The notes beneath the pieces were generated by a model, which was not told where the DNA came from, made no database searches, and saw only the letters and a list, made by a program, of their open reading frames with translations. From assembly GCF_009914755.1 (NCBI RefSeq), contig NC_060927.1: 64,000 nt of DNA. One strand, written 5' to 3'. Below are positions 21,421 to 36,787 of the stretch, one piece after another. Position 1 is the stretch's first letter. Each line of letters begins with the position of its first letter. Made by a program: the position numbers and the translations under genes. This DNA is from the human T2T-CHM13v2.0 reference genome, Homo sapiens.

Positions 21421-22049
21421 TTTCTGAGACAACTTTATATATGCTTCACTTGCTACTTTCTATACAAATAATGAACACCATACGAAAATGAAGTCTTCAT
21501 GCTTTTGTTTAAAGATAAAGGGTTTAAGCATCCTGGTTGTAAATTAAGTTTAGAGGGATACTTGGCATTTGCATAGCCTGTAACACTTAAAACATGCTTC
21601 AACCCATTAAAAGCTATTAATTTGTTACAATGTAATGACAACATAAGAAGCTATTGACAGGAAAAATAAGAGATCAGTCAAATTTACTTTCCCAGTTCCA
21701 TATAGCAAGTAGAATTTACTGAAGAAAGTAATTTAAACCTATGTATATTGATTATTCCAGAATTTTTCTTTGCCAGCAGGCTGTGTTCAGTCTTCTTATA
21801 CTCATTTTGATCAATTGATCAACAGAAATAATTAAGTTTATAATACAAACATTATACTTTTCTGTGCTAAGTGGAAGTAGAGGATGGAATTGAGGTCCCT
21901 GACTTCAAAAAGATCCACATCTTATGGGGATAGAGGGTGCAACATGAGAAATCACACAGTGATGTTGTACATGTTATATATAGCCAGGAGGGGACTGGCT
22001 GTACTAGGCAAAAAATTTCTGCCTAGAAAACTTAAGAGAAAGTGTGCCT

Positions 22050-22255
22050 TTACCATTTCCTCTCTCTCTCTCCCATCAGCCAACTAGATGTGAGTCTCTA
22101 AAATAAATTTAGTAGTTATATGTCGACGAAAGAGTCTCTGCCACCCTCACTGACTTGCATTGGACTGATTTGACCCAGGAATAAATATATTTTGCTAAAC
22201 CACTGATATTTTGGAGTGATTTATTGTAGCTGCTCATATGCCCTGACTAATTCCT
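22050..22255 (+). mobile_element. Old MLT1 LTR 3' fragment
   Basis: 'aataaatatattttgctaaaccactgatattttggagtgatttattgtagc...ccctgactaat'. Confidence 0.55.
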
Positions 22256-22810
22256 AAACATACTCTAGTCACTCAAAAAAAAAATTTACTAAGCACCTAC
22301 TAGGAGGCAAGCACAGTGCTAAGAACATGAGGGTACAAGGGAGAACAAGATAGACAAGAGTCTTCATTTTCAAAGCATACATTGTAGTGTGGGAGACACA
22401 CAAGAAACATGTATTTAAATAATGATAATGGTTATTAATTATGTCTTGAGCCATGTGATAAGTAAGCCAGATTGTATGACTCAGAGTAAGTCAGTTACAT
22501 GATTTAGGGATCTTTCACATGGAATGGTCAGGGCATGTCTGTAGAAGGGGGTAACAATGAAACTGTGACTTAAAGGACAGAAAGAAATAGTAAAGCAAAA
22601 GAATCTAGACAAGAGGGCTCCTAGCACAGGAAACGGGGCAAAAAGATGCTGCATCTGGAAGAACTTAATACATTTTGGAAATTAAGAGAGATTTGTATGA
22701 CTTAAGTATAGGAAGGGAGAGAGGCAAGTTTAGACTGGAGAAGCAGGCAGTGGCTTGCTCATGTAGAATTCGGGGTGGGGGAGCATTTATTTATTTTTAT
22801 GTTTATCCTA

Positions 22811-23383
<573 letters not shown>

Positions 23384-26069
23384 TTAAATGAGTTAACATG
23401 TAGAAAATGTGTAGCTATATTAAGAGCTACATATAAGTTAATAGTAGTAGGTAGTACTGGGGCTTATCTCTGAAAATATAGCGTGGAATATTGTAGGACA
23501 TATGGGTGGAGTATGGAGACAAGAAGAAAATTGGAGAGACAAATTCAGAAGCTATTACGGTGGCCTAGACTATGCCAGTGATTTGACCTAAATTGCTAAA
23601 AGAAGAGATAGAAAAAAGTGGATGGATCCCAGTTATAGCTTGGCAGTGGATGTCAGAGTGAGCATGAGGAAAAGGTAGAAGGGAGGCATGTCTCCTAGAT
23701 TCCTGGCATTAGAAAGGATGCCAGAGGATGGCGGTATTCTTTTTTGGGATGGAGCAGAAATGGCATAGGAGTCAAAGATTCCATTTCAGACATGTTTATG
23801 GAGGTGCTAGTGAGACATACAGATGGTGAGCTCAAACAGGCAGGGGAATATTTGAGTCTGCAGCTCAGAGCAGAGGGCTAGATGGAGACATTTATTTGAA
23901 AAGTGGTAACATAAAGATAACCTTGAAGTCTGGAGTAAAAATGAAGTTGCTAAGTAAAGAATATAAATAGAAAATAAAAGTGGCCCAAGAAGTAGCCCTT
24001 AAAACAACAGCAACAAGATTTAGAGGTCTGGAATGAGAGGAGAAGCAAATAGTGAAACTAAACTCCATCCTTCAGTTCATGCCTATACAAGTTCTAACTA
24101 CTGTAAATGTCTGAAACAAGCTCCATGTCTTTTGAATATACCATTCAATTTGTCCACAATTCCTTACCCACTCGTGCCTGTTCTTATTTCATTATTCCCT
24201 GTGGACTTGCAGAGGTCTTTCTAGCCCTTCTCTGTTTCTCTGTATCTTCTCTCTTTTCTTCTTCCTGTTCTTGACTACCCCAGTATTCTCTGTTCTGCAA
24301 TCAATACCCAAGAGGAAGTCAACCCATTTATTAGGCTACGTTAATTAGCATTGTTCTGATCATAGTGGAGAGCTCTTTGTGACAGGCCACCTCATGAGTC
24401 ATCCCAGCGTATGGGCGGTAGCCATTCTATTATAGTTAGTGCTCAATTTCTGCATTACAGTAACCCAGTATCTTTTGCCTGAGCAAATAAACTGTTTAGC
24501 TAGAAGGAGACTTTGAGCATAGCATGTAAGTGATAAATCTCATAAAATAAATACTTATTGAATTGAAATTATTCAGTCACTTATAGGTGAGTCACCATTC
24601 TATCTGTACCAACTGACAGCTCTCAGTTTTCTACCCTTCTCTTTTCACCTTTATCACCATTCTGAGAAGTGATTGGTGAGCATCTTTCAGTAGTCTTTGC
24701 AGAGATATAGAAAGACATTGCAGGTAAAATGTGTGTCAGGATACAGGATATGTGAATCAACTAAAAAATTAGCAAGGAGTTTTTATTTTTGCCAAATTCT
24801 CTGTTTCACAATTACATCCAATTACTGTCCCAGGGATTTGCGAATATGGATAAATGAAGGCAGACATGTGTACTTTAATAATGTGGTTACAGGCAAAAAA
24901 AAACAAAAACAAAATCTGTGGCCCCATTTGTGAGATGGGAGAATTTACTCTCACTTGTTTTTAACCAATAAGTTTTTACTTTGTTTATTTTTTATTTTTA
25001 TTTCTACGTATGTATTTATTTATGACATATAACCTGCTGTTTTGGAGAGTTTCATCTGAAATACTTGGGACAAAAAGAGAATTCAGTTACAGATGAAAAT
25101 AGTTTTGTTTCCATTATTCTAGATGTGTAGTGACCCAAAAATTATCTTGTATTATGACAATTATGTTTATAAAGCCACTAACTATCACCAGATGACTCTG
25201 ATGTTTGATTGCAGGTTTTGGGGTTTTTTTTGGTGCCATTTTGTGGAGAAAAAGAAAGACATTATTGCATCACTGGTTAGAGTTGGTGGTTCTTCCTTTA
25301 AAAAATTATTTGACTCTACAATTTAGAACCAAGTCTTTGGCCTGCTGCCAAAAAAACTATGTATAATTATTTTTTCTAACATTTTTTTCCAACAATGGTA
25401 TTATAGTCACATTAAGTTCAGAAAAAACAAAATTTGCATCAGTTTAAATCCTTGCACTATTGTGATGAAAGATAAATTAACCAAAAGTCCCATGTAAGAC
25501 AATTACATTGCCATCTCCTAGAAAATAATGTTACCTAGTTATGTGTTCTATTGTTCTTGTTGTCTATGAATATTTATCCATAAATATTTGACAATTTCAA
25601 CATATTTTGAATGCTCATTAAATATTAATATATTGTACATTTATTGTGTGATAAATGGAACACAGGTAGATGTTAAAATCAATACAACTTTCAATTGAAA
25701 TAAACTACCTGCCAGTCTCATCCAGAAGCTTAGGTTTTATAGATTGCCAATTTAAAAGGGAAAATCTCAGACTGCTTGTGGATTCATGAATGTCGTGAAT
25801 TTCACTAGGAAGAACTGTTCAATTACTTCTGCCTGTGGAGTTAATGGTCTGCCTACTTCTCAACTCCTGCAGTGCCAACCCCTACAGACCCCAGGCTACT
25901 GTGTTCACAGAGAGGGTCTTTATGGAACATGTAAGTATACCTTGAGCTCTTGCTGTGGGCAGCCTTGTAATACAAAGGCTCTTCCTCAGGCTCAACAAAA
26001 GATGCTGCTATAAGGAAAAGTGTTAAGAGGTAGGGGATCATGGAGTTTGATCCAAAGTTCTTTGAATTT

Positions 26070-26456
26070 TGGTCATGGTGTTTTTGGGGTTTTATTGTTT
26101 GGCTGTTCTTACATAATAACAGAACTCCTTATTTTCTTTTGGGAACAACTCTTCCACCTCTTAGTCATGTGGTTTTTATGTGATCGACACCCACAACTCT
26201 GCCTCCCTCTCCCCAGTTGCCATCATATGTAGCCATGTGATTCAAACCTGGACATATAGAGCACCACACCACACTGCCCATAGTGATTAATCCTGGGTGC
26301 TTAATCCAAGGTGAAGTTCTATGACACATAGAACTTTGAAATCCCTCAATCCAAAAATGCCTGAAATTGCTCCTGTTTCTCATCATTTCTATTTATTGTA
26401 TAAGCTCATTTGAGCTTTTGCTGTCACCTGCAGTTGAATGAAGCCTCACTTATACA
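26070..26456 (-). mobile_element. LTR16-like ERVL LTR
   Basis: 'gccatgtgattcaaacctggac..agagcacca..cccatagtgatt' and terminal 'gtcacctgcagttgaatgaagcctcacttataca'. Confidence 0.5.
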
Positions 26457-26519
26457 GAAATATTTTGTTATTTCACCTTGAAACAGGATTGAACATGAGC
26501 AATATTTTGTCTTCAGTTT

Positions 26520-27430
26520 TAGACTTTTTCCTATTTCAAAATAGTTTCAAATTTGCAAAATTTGCCAAATAAGAAAAATAGTATGAACAAAAATCATATA
26601 CAGTTATCCAGATTTTGCCTTTGTGAACATTTTAGTACATGGCTTTATCTTCTGTTCTCTGTCTCCCTCTCATTCTCCTCTCCCTCTACTCTCTCTGTAA
26701 TACATATACATATATACATACAGCTAATTTTTTGAACTGTTTCAGGCTAAGTCAGATATGTAGTTGTGGCTCAATGTGTATTTCCTAAGAATACAGATAC
26801 TCTCTTACATTATCACATCATTGTACACATAAACTTTACAGATTTACATAAATCTGAGATTTACTCATTTTATCTAATCTATAGCCATATTTTATTTTCT
26901 TCAATTACAATAATGCCTTTTATAGAATCATGCCACCCTACTCCTTCAGGAGCTGGATGGGATTTAGGTATTACACAGGATTTTGCTATGTCTCTTTAGA
27001 TTCCCTTTGCCTGAAACAATTCCATGGCCTTTGTTTTCTGGTAACAGTTTTTAACAGTACCAGCCATAACTTGTAATATAAAATTTATTGTTTTTTGCTT
27101 GACTAGTGTTTCCTCCTCATGATTAGATTGAGTTTTCGCATTCTTTGCTGGGATAATACATAGGGATACTGAGTCCTTCTCAGCGAATCTCATCCATCAC
27201 ATCTAGAGCCACACACCATCCATCCGAGACGGTGCTGATAATAATTTTGATCCTCCAGTCAAAAAAGTGTTTCCTGCTTTCTCCAATATGTGCTTTTTTT
27301 CCTACCTTGCAATTAATAATCTGTGAGAACATACTCTGAGAACCATAAACATGTCCTGCTTCTCCTTAAAATTTCCTAGTAAATTTAGCATCTATGAATG
27401 ACTCTTGCCTCGCTTCCTTCATGTTTAAAA
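26520..27430 (-). mobile_element. Old L1 3' UTR (L1MC/L1ME-type), antisense
   Basis: 'gtgtatttcctaagaatacagatactctcttacat', 'tttcctcctcatgattagatt' typical of old L1 3' ends. Confidence 0.65.
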
Positions 27431-28649
27431 ATAAGACTTCTGCATGTAAGTTGCTTATTTTTGTACTTAAATATTTTAATTTGAGATTAGTGTAGATTAA
27501 CAAGCAACAGCATGAAATAATACAAAGAGATCATATGTACCTTTTACCCAGTTTTCCCTAATAGTAACATCTTCCCAATTATAGTAAGTGTAACAACACG
27601 ATACTGACATTAACACAATCAAATGAGGCATTTGCATCACAAGGACCTCTCATGTTGCCTTCTCATAGCCACATCCACTTTGCTTCCATCTGCACACTCT
27701 CTTTAAATCCTGGGAGTCACTCATCTGTTCCCTATTTATATAATTTGGTCATTTCAAGAATGTTATTGAAATGGAAACACATAACATGTAACCTTTCAGG
27801 ATTGACATATTTACTCAGCATAATTCATATGACTGAGTAGTGTTCCACAGCATGGATTTACCATAGTTTAACTGTTTGCATATTAAAGGATATCTGGGCT
27901 GTTTCCAGTTTTTTACTATTATGAAAAAAAGCTGCTATATCTCTTCACATACAGATATTTGTGTGAACGTAAGTCTTTATTTCTCTAAGCTGAATGCTTA
28001 GAAATGCAATTGCTGAGTCATATGGTAGATGCATATGTACTTTTTAAATAAACTGTCCAACTTTTGAGAGTGACCATTCCGTTTTACATTCTTACCAGCA
28101 ATGTGCGAGAGATCCAGTTTCCCTGCATCCTCAGTAGCATTTGGTGTAGTCACTATTGTTATTGTAGCCATTTGCATAGATGTATAGTGATATCTCACTG
28201 TGGTTTTAATTTGCATTTCTCTGATGACTCATAACGTTGAATACTTCTTTGTGTGTTTATTTTCTATCTATATATCTTCTTCAGTGAAATGTCTCTTCCT
28301 GTCTTTTGCCCATGCTATAATTAGTTTGCTTGGTTTTTACTATTAGGTTTTAAGAGTTCTTTATATATCCTAAATATCAGTCCTTTGTTGAATATGTGGC
28401 TCTTGAATATTGTCTCCCATTCTGCAACTTGTCTTTTTATCTCTGAAAGGGATTCTTACTGTGCAAAGTAGCATAATTTTGATGAGGTCAAATTTATCCA
28501 TTTTTTCGCTTAAGGGTCATGTTTTTGATGTTACGTCCAAGAACTCTTTGCCTAGCTCTCTATCATGAAAATTTGCTTCTGCATTTTGTCCTAAATGTTT
28601 TATAGTTTTGTGTTTTACATTTAAGTTTGTGATATATTTTGGTTTGCAT

Positions 28650-28960
28650 TCAAATTTATTGTGATAAATAAGGCGACATAAAATTTGCCATCTGAATCAT
28701 TTTTAAGTGTGTAGTGCAATGGTGTTAAGCATATTTACATTATTGTAAGACAGATCATCAGAACTTTTTCTTCTTGAAAATCAGAAATTTTATACCCATT
28801 AAACAACTTCTTTTCTGTCCCTCTGCCCAGCTCCTGGTAACTGTCATTCTACTTTCTGTTTCTAGATTTTGTCAACTTTAGATACCTCATATTTATGGAA
28901 TTATACAGTATTTGTCTTTTAATACAAAAGATTGGCTTATTTCACTTAACATAATGTCAT
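28650..28960 (-). mobile_element. L1MB-type 3' end fragment
   Basis: 'acataaaatttgccatctgaatcatttttaagtgtgtagtgcaatggtgttaagcatatttacattattgt'. Confidence 0.75.
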
Positions 28961-29829
28961 TTTGTTTTCCTTTTGGTACAAGGTATGAGACTTAGAAAGA
29001 GATTATTTTATTAATTGATTGATTTATTGATTGATTATCTGTGGATATCCAAGTGAACCTGCACCATTTGTTGTAAAAGCTATCTTTCCTGCATTTAATT
29101 GTTTTTAAACCTTGATCAAATATTAGTTGGGCATATTTGAATAAATCTGTTTCTGGGTTGTAGATTTTTGCATTGCAATTCATAAAATATATTGGTCTGT
29201 AGTTTGTTTATGTTGTACCTTTTGTCTCATTTTGCTATCAGAGTAGTTTGCGCTTCATAAAATAACTTGGGAAATGTCTCCCTCTTATATTCTCTGGAAG
29301 AGATTGTGAATAATTGGTGTTAATTATGCTTTAATTGTTTCATTGAACATTTAGGGGGACGGTTTGTAAATTCAATTCCCTTAATAGTTGTAAGAGTATT
29401 CAAATTATCTAGTTTATATTGAGTAAGTTATAGTAGTTTGTGTCTTTTGAGAAACCTTTTCATCTAAGTTGTCAAATTTATGCATGTAAAGTTGTTTATT
29501 AGTTCTCTGTCCAAATCCTTTTATTATCTCTGTGTTCTGCAGTGATTATCTTGTTTTGTTACTGATTTTGATAATTTGTGACTTTTTTAATCTTTTTTTG
29601 TTAGAAATGTTAGACATTTGTTAATTTTATTAATCTTTTCAAAAAACAGCCCTTTGTTCTATTGAATTCCTCCATTGTTTTTCTGTTTAAAATTTAATTA
29701 AATTCTGTTTTGAGCTTTCTCATGTCCTTCCTTCTGTTTACTTTGGTTATTCTAAGTTTCTGAGTTGATTAGATTATTGATATAAAACTTTCTCTCTTTT
29801 ATAACATATGCATTTAGTGTTATAAATAG

Positions 29830-30257
<428 letters not shown>

Positions 30258-30325
30258 TAATTTCTCTGTTTTCTGTTTCCTGCTATTTCTATTTCCTTAG
30301 TATTTCAGTGGTTTCTGTAGGTATT

Positions 30326-30940
30326 TGTATCGCAAAAAAATTAACCTTGCCCGAAGAGAGGTCTGGCCTTTGATCTAACTAAGATTTTGGGAGGTGAGCT
30401 CTAGGAATGTCATGCCTGAAAAGAGTATCTTTGCTTATCTGGGGTCCTTAGATCACACCAAATTGTATAACAATGTAATCTAGAGTGAGGACTTTGGGCC
30501 ACACCAGATAGTCTAATAATGTGAATTAGAGTAGGGGTTTGGGGCCACAAGGTATCAGCTTGACTCTGCTGAAGTCTGAGATTAGCTGTGTGAGCAGCCA
30601 TCCAGGTTTATGTGACCTAATACAAATGCTAGAAACTAAGGCTCAGGTGAGTTTTCCTGGATGGTAATGCTTCATATATATTGCCATAAATTATTCATGG
30701 GAGGAGTTTACACTGTCCATTATCTCATTAGGAGAGGACAACTAGAAGCCACAGGTTTGGAACCCTTCTAGGCTCTACCCCTTGCATCTCTCCTGTTAGC
30801 TGATTTTAATTTGTATCCTTTTCACTGTAATAAACCACAACCATGAGTATAACAACTGTCAGCAGAGTCTGTGAGTTTTTCAGCAAATTATTAAATGTAA
30901 AGGTAGTCCTGGGGACCCCAGAACTATTATTTGGTATCAC
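30326..30940 (+). mobile_element. MER21-family LTR (MER21C-like)
   Basis: 'aaccttgcccgaagagaggtctggccttt', 'ggagaggacaactagaagc', 'gtaataaaccacaaccatgagtataaca', 'ggggacccc'. Confidence 0.75.
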
Positions 30941-31056
30941 AAGTGAGAGTGGCTGATTCTTTCCTCTATCCCCTACATTCTGCTATTGAGCCCATCTACT
31001 GAGATTTTTTTTCAAGTATTGTGTTTCTCAGTTCTAATATTTCCATCTGGCTCTTC

Positions 31057-31255
31057 TTTTATTTTTGAGGGGGCAAGGTAGACAGAGTCTCACTCTGTCA
31101 CCCAGGCTGGAGTGCAGTGGTGCGATCTTGGCAAACTGCAACTTCCAACTCCCAGGTTCAAGTGATTCTGCTGCCTCAGCCTCCTGAGTAGCTGTCACTA
31201 CAGGTGTGTGCCACCACTTCTGGCTAATTTTTTTTTTTTTTTGGTAGAAACAGGG
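31057..31255 (-). mobile_element. Alu truncated within its left monomer
   Basis: Right arm and linker present; sequence stops at 'gtagaaacaggg'. No TSD. Confidence 0.9.
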
Positions 31256-31333
31256 TAAATTTACTAGGAAATTTTAAGGAGAAGCAGGACATGTTTATGG
31301 TTCTCAGAGTATGTTCTCACAGATTATTAATTG
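31256..31333 (-). repeat. 78-bp perfect inverted copy of 27310-27387
   Basis: Base-by-base comparison gives 78/78 identity to the reverse complement. Confidence 0.97.
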
Positions 31334-31840
31334 ATGAAGACAATTACTACTAAAACTAAAAAGGGAACGTTGAAGGTTTGGACAAGCAAGCACAACTGGG
31401 AGATGAAATCCATCCCACTTTTGATCACTGATCCATAAGCTTTTGGATGGGGTTGTGTCATCCATAAGAAAGGAACACCTTTTATTATTTTTCAACCCAG
31501 AGGTTGCCCCTTTTGGTAACTTCTATATTCAAAGGTAAACTTTTGCATTAAACTTACAAGAAGGTATCATGTAAGTTAGTGGTCTCCTTAGAAATCACAA
31601 TATGTATAACTCATGCAAACATGTTTAAAGAATAACTTATAGAAATATCTCTTCTTTCTTTCTTGTCCCCATTTCTAAATTCTCCCTTACAACATTTCAC
31701 AAAAATATAGAGGCACCTCTTACGCTCTTTTGCCTCAGGGCAAGTTTGTATTTCAATGCCAACTGCAGGAGTTTTCTGTAAGGTATTTTCCTCTCCTGAA
31801 TTTTGTTTTTTAAAGACTGAATATTCTGAAAAGATGGTAC

Positions 31841-32473
31841 TGTTGAGATTCAGAAAGCAACATCCCCAACATGAAAGCCTCAGAAGCAAAAGTTTTTCTC
31901 TGACCCTCTCCTGCCCTCCTGTCTCTTAGTCCCATTCTCCTCCTAGGCTAGCCATAGAAACTAGACTCCCTCTTCCCCAAGGTGGGTCACAGAAACCAGA
32001 AACACCTTTCCCCAAAGCCAGCCATAAAACCTCAAAATTACTACACTAACTCTCCTGACTTTCTGTGCAAAAAAATTGGCCATAAGGAAATTATTTGACC
32101 TATGTTGTTGGCCTGTAGGTTATAAGATTCCCCCAGTCCAGAAAGGGTCTGGCCCAATACCCAGAAGGAAGAAATGCATGCTCAGAGAGTCCAAGAAGAA
32201 TCCAGACAGACAGGCCTCTAATAGACATTTAGTCTATTAGAATTAGATTATATCCTTTTTGTCCAATCATATTTCTACACAGCTGGCCATACTTGTTGAA
32301 CCTGAGCATAAAAAAAAGAACAATTATTCTTGTATCTTTGGGTCTTCATTTTGAAGGCTCCCATGTACACATTCACAAATTTTGTATGTCTTTTCTCCCA
32401 TGAATCTGCTTTTTGTCAGTGATTTTAGATAAACCTTCAGAGGTCAAGTGGAAGTCTTTCTTTGGCCCCAACA
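31841..32473 (+). mobile_element. MER39-like ERV1 solo LTR
   Basis: TG...CA termini; 'gcctcagaagcaaaagtttttctctgacc', 'gccatagaaactaga', 'gggtcttcattttgaaggctcc'. Confidence 0.8.
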
Positions 32474-32507
32474 AGGCCAAGTCCAAGTTGAGCACTGATA
32501 TTTATGA

Positions 32508-32852
<345 letters not shown>

Positions 32853-35094
32853 TTGTAGGTAGACTTTTAAAAGCTTTCAGGCTCAGTCTTTAGGCTTCAT
32901 AGCATAAAAGCAAATAGCTGTTCCATGATTGGCTTGTATAATGAGTATGTCAATGGTAGTCACACCAGATTACAGTATGAAGCCCTTTCTCTGTAACTGT
33001 CCTAAATTAGGAAGGAACTCTGGAACACAATACATCCAATAATGACAAATGTTGTAGTTTTCATCAGCCCAATAGGCTTTTAAGAATGAGACTTGGATTT
33101 AGTTTTGTCACCTGAAAGCATAATCATTGATAATTCTTGTATACTCTAAAACTACATTCACAGAGCTTACCCAGAGAAATTTGGTCCTTTTATCAGCTTT
33201 GTCCCTGTCATACTGAGATATAAACCTTAATCATCCAAGAGAGTTTAATACTTAATAATCTGAGCTCCAAGGCCTGCCCTTGTCTTATAGCCACTCTTTG
33301 GAGGAGGTACAAAAGGTTTTTAACTAATCTTTATTCAAGGATACGTCGTAAAAAGTTCTGGAGGCATAAACAGTGTGAGCTTCCCTGAGAATAAAGCAGA
33401 ACAAACACACTAAGTGGTAATCGAGAAGTCATTCGAAAAAGTTAACTATGTTTATTTTAACTAAAAATTCCAAATCCAGCAATGAATGGTAGAGCAGCAA
33501 ATGAAACATCATCTCGTTGCCACAGACTCCCAAATGTAGCATAAACTTCAGCTTTGTTGCAAGAATGAATGTAAAAATATTCTTCCTTAATGGGAGCAGC
33601 AGACCAGAGGTGTTTAATCACCTCTTCCAAGTGTAAAATCACTGATGGTAAAACACCTCATCATCCTTATGGAGGTGAGAATCATTTACGTAAACATAAA
33701 GTCACCCTTGACAAACAGGGTCTTTGTTGATTTCATTAAGTGCCAGATTTTGGTCACCCAGCTTGCCTCTGAGTAGACACACCTCATTTCCATGAGTATT
33801 CTAGGAGGACAGCATATGTCATTTGCCAACACACCAGGCAACATCCACATAATAAAATGCAACCGCCATTGAAACTGGGCTAAAAACCAATCCATCCAGT
33901 GTTTAATGAGTAACATTAGCACGCTCTTAAAAAACACTAATAACAAATTTACTGTTGATTTTAGTGTTGATGGCAGGTATCCAAAACCTAACTTCCTACT
34001 AAATTCATTTTAGTAAAAGCAAAAAATAATGAATGAAATAAATGAATGTAATTTCAAGTTATTGCCAGAAGTTAGACTTTTATTAACATGGCATTAACTC
34101 AGAAGAGAAACATCTTACTTTTCCCAAATTACAATTTTATTTTAGGGAACCCTTTTCCTCCTACTCTGAATTTCAATCTAATATTGTTTTCAAATTAGCT
34201 TTTATTGTTTTACTTTTAAAGTAATATTATTGTATGCTTTTAAAGTTTTACTCCAAAAGGAAGAAAAATAAAAAAAAGTTGCAGCTTTAAAAAATTTCTA
34301 AAATATAGAAAAATGACTTACAGCATAATTTAAAACAGTTCTAGTGAACATTTGATTTGTAGAGAGCTTTTGGTCTGAGAGCTCTCTGTTACCTGTGACT
34401 AATCAGTACACAAACCAAGGGGCAGCATTAGGAATTTTTATAACAACCTGATATTTTCATAGTATTTTTACTGTATTTTCCAAATATTGTCATCTGCTAT
34501 GGTCCAGAGAGGAAAAACATTCTTTAACACAGAAACATTAAGAAACATTGAATTTTAAAAGACATAGGTCTTACTTTCTTAAATGGAACATATGATAACT
34601 AGAAACATTATCTTAAATATTTCGTTTTTATTATTTGATTAACTTTTTTCAGATTTTTTCCCAAAAAGAGGTATATGCCTATTAAATAGTCCAGATATTT
34701 CAAGTATCTTAAATTAGCCATTGATTCTTTAACTGTATTTGAACATAACCTTTCTTACAAACTCATATTTGTGTGCTGCTTTGAGATTCTTCTTACTTTG
34801 TGCCAAGCATTGGACTAAGCATTTGATATGTCACTATTTGATTTAATTATGAAAATGATAAAATGACAGCATGGTGTGTTATCTCATGCCTTATAATCAG
34901 GATGAGGGCACAGTTTTCCCGTGAATAGTTGATGCATAGAACGAACTATGAATGAACACTTGCTCAATGTATTTCAAGGAACTAAGGCAGAAAAAGCTGA
35001 AATTTAAGCCTGGAAGATGGTGGGTAAAGAAATCAGGAAAATTTCTGTGGTTTGGATGGGCCAATCAAAGGAATCGAGAAACATTTTGTTGTAG

Positions 35095-35740
35095 AGAAAA
35101 GACTGGATATTTGAATCATATAAGTCTACATTTGAATACCCATTTCAGCTCACACAAGCTATGTGACTTAATTCTGGTCACTTGAACATTCTTTCCCACA
35201 ATTTCTCAATTTAAATGAGGTAATAATTGTGGAGGGTCATTTGTATTGGCTTTATAACACTCTTTCTGACGATTCCATGCATGCCTTTGTTACTTTTGAG
35301 CCTTCCCAGCCTCTACAGTGCATTTCCTGGCTCACTTGCAGCTACAGTTCTGGATGTGATTTTAGTTTTGCAGATCACATGTACTCCTTGGAGTCTCAGA
35401 TTTGGAATTTGGAGTTCCATTTGACTCACGGAGATCCTGGCACAAGTGGATCAACGGCCGAGCAATTCCCTTCCCACACTAGACACAGAAGTTACCTGGG
35501 CAGCCCAGGTATGGCCCCAGCCTGAGTCTGGAGTCTATTCCTTTACTTTTCTATGATGATAAGCTTTTCTTATTTAGGTATTTATAACAGAAAAAAAAAT
35601 CTAGTCTCTACAGATGAACCCTAAACAAGACAGCATTTAACTCTGACCCATAAGTTGCATTATTTTGGTAATTAAATGAGATAGTTACATATAAAATGTT
35701 TAGTCCAATGCTTATCACAGAGTAAGAGCTAAGTATTAGC
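35095..35740 (+). mobile_element. MIR fragments flanking an old ERVL LTR (LTR33-like, ~35229-35630)
   Basis: MIR core 'atgtgactt..ggtcacttgaac..tttctcaatttaaatgaggtaataat' resumes 'aattaaatgagatagttacatataaaatg' after the insert. Confidence 0.5.
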
Positions 35741-36288
35741 TTCTCCTTTTCCCCTTATGATAGTTTACATGCCTAATGAAGTTTGATGTGAACTTGCCTG
35801 AAGATAGAAAAATTAAATCATTTTGATATACTCTTTAATTATGTTGGTGGCTACATATGACTTAATACAGAAAGACATAGAGATAGTGTGTTATAATGAT
35901 AGAGACATAGAAGAGTGAACAATATTTAGAGCAAAATGATCTAAGCTTATCTAAGTTTAACTCTCAGAACTACTTAATCATTTGCCCTTGAGCAATGTTT
36001 TCTGGGATTTATTTGTTCCATCTGTAATGAGAGATGGATTAGGTTATATATATTTAATGTTCAACAAGTCATTAAACACAATTCTGAGACTCAAATTCCA
36101 GCTTCATTTACTCCCAATTTACAGTAGTGATTTAAAACATGAGGAGTGTTCACTTTAGATGATTCATTGTTGAAGGAGTGTGATGGCAAACTATGAAGAG
36201 ACTTTCTTTTAAAAACGTGCCTAACAATTGTAGTAAAGTCATGAAAGGTGAATGAAACAATGTAAATATATATATAGTGAGAATGGTA

Positions 36289-36787
36289 CAGGTTGAGCAT
36301 CCCTTTTCCAAAATGATTGGAGCAAGAAGTGTCTTGGATTTTGAATTTTTCAGATTTTGGAATATTTGTTTACATAATGAGATATCTTGGGGATGAGACT
36401 CAAGTCTAAATACATTTATTTATGTTTTGTTTACACTTTATACACATAACCTGGAGGTCATTTTATATAATGTTTTAGTAGCTGTGGGGCATCGTGAAGA
36501 GCTTGCTGTTGGTGAGACTGGTCTGGACACATGCCATTTTATTACACTCTGGATGTGCTTGCTTGGGGGGATATGGGTACCTGTGAAAAAGATACATCAT
36601 AGCTGAAGGGGCCTGGGAGGATCTTCTCTCCTTTAGAGACACTGAATAAACTGTGTATTGTTCATCTGTGATTTGACTGTAACCCATCATCACATGAGGT
36701 CAGATGTGGAATTTTCCATTTGTGACATCATGTTGACAGTCAAAAAGTTTCAAACTTCTGAACATCAGATTAGGGAGACTCAGTCTA
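36289..36787. mobile_element. Tigger4 (Zombi)-derived DNA transposon, internally deleted
   Basis: TIR 'caggttgagcatccctt' and degenerate 'agggagactcagtcta', flanked by TA; 'aatgagatatcttggggatgagactcaagtctaaa'. Confidence 0.85.

Noticed and set aside
33457-33946. Two minus-strand ORFs (61 and 86 aa) as a possible processed pseudogene
   Set aside because: Short, no recognisable protein similarity, and no poly(A) or TSD.
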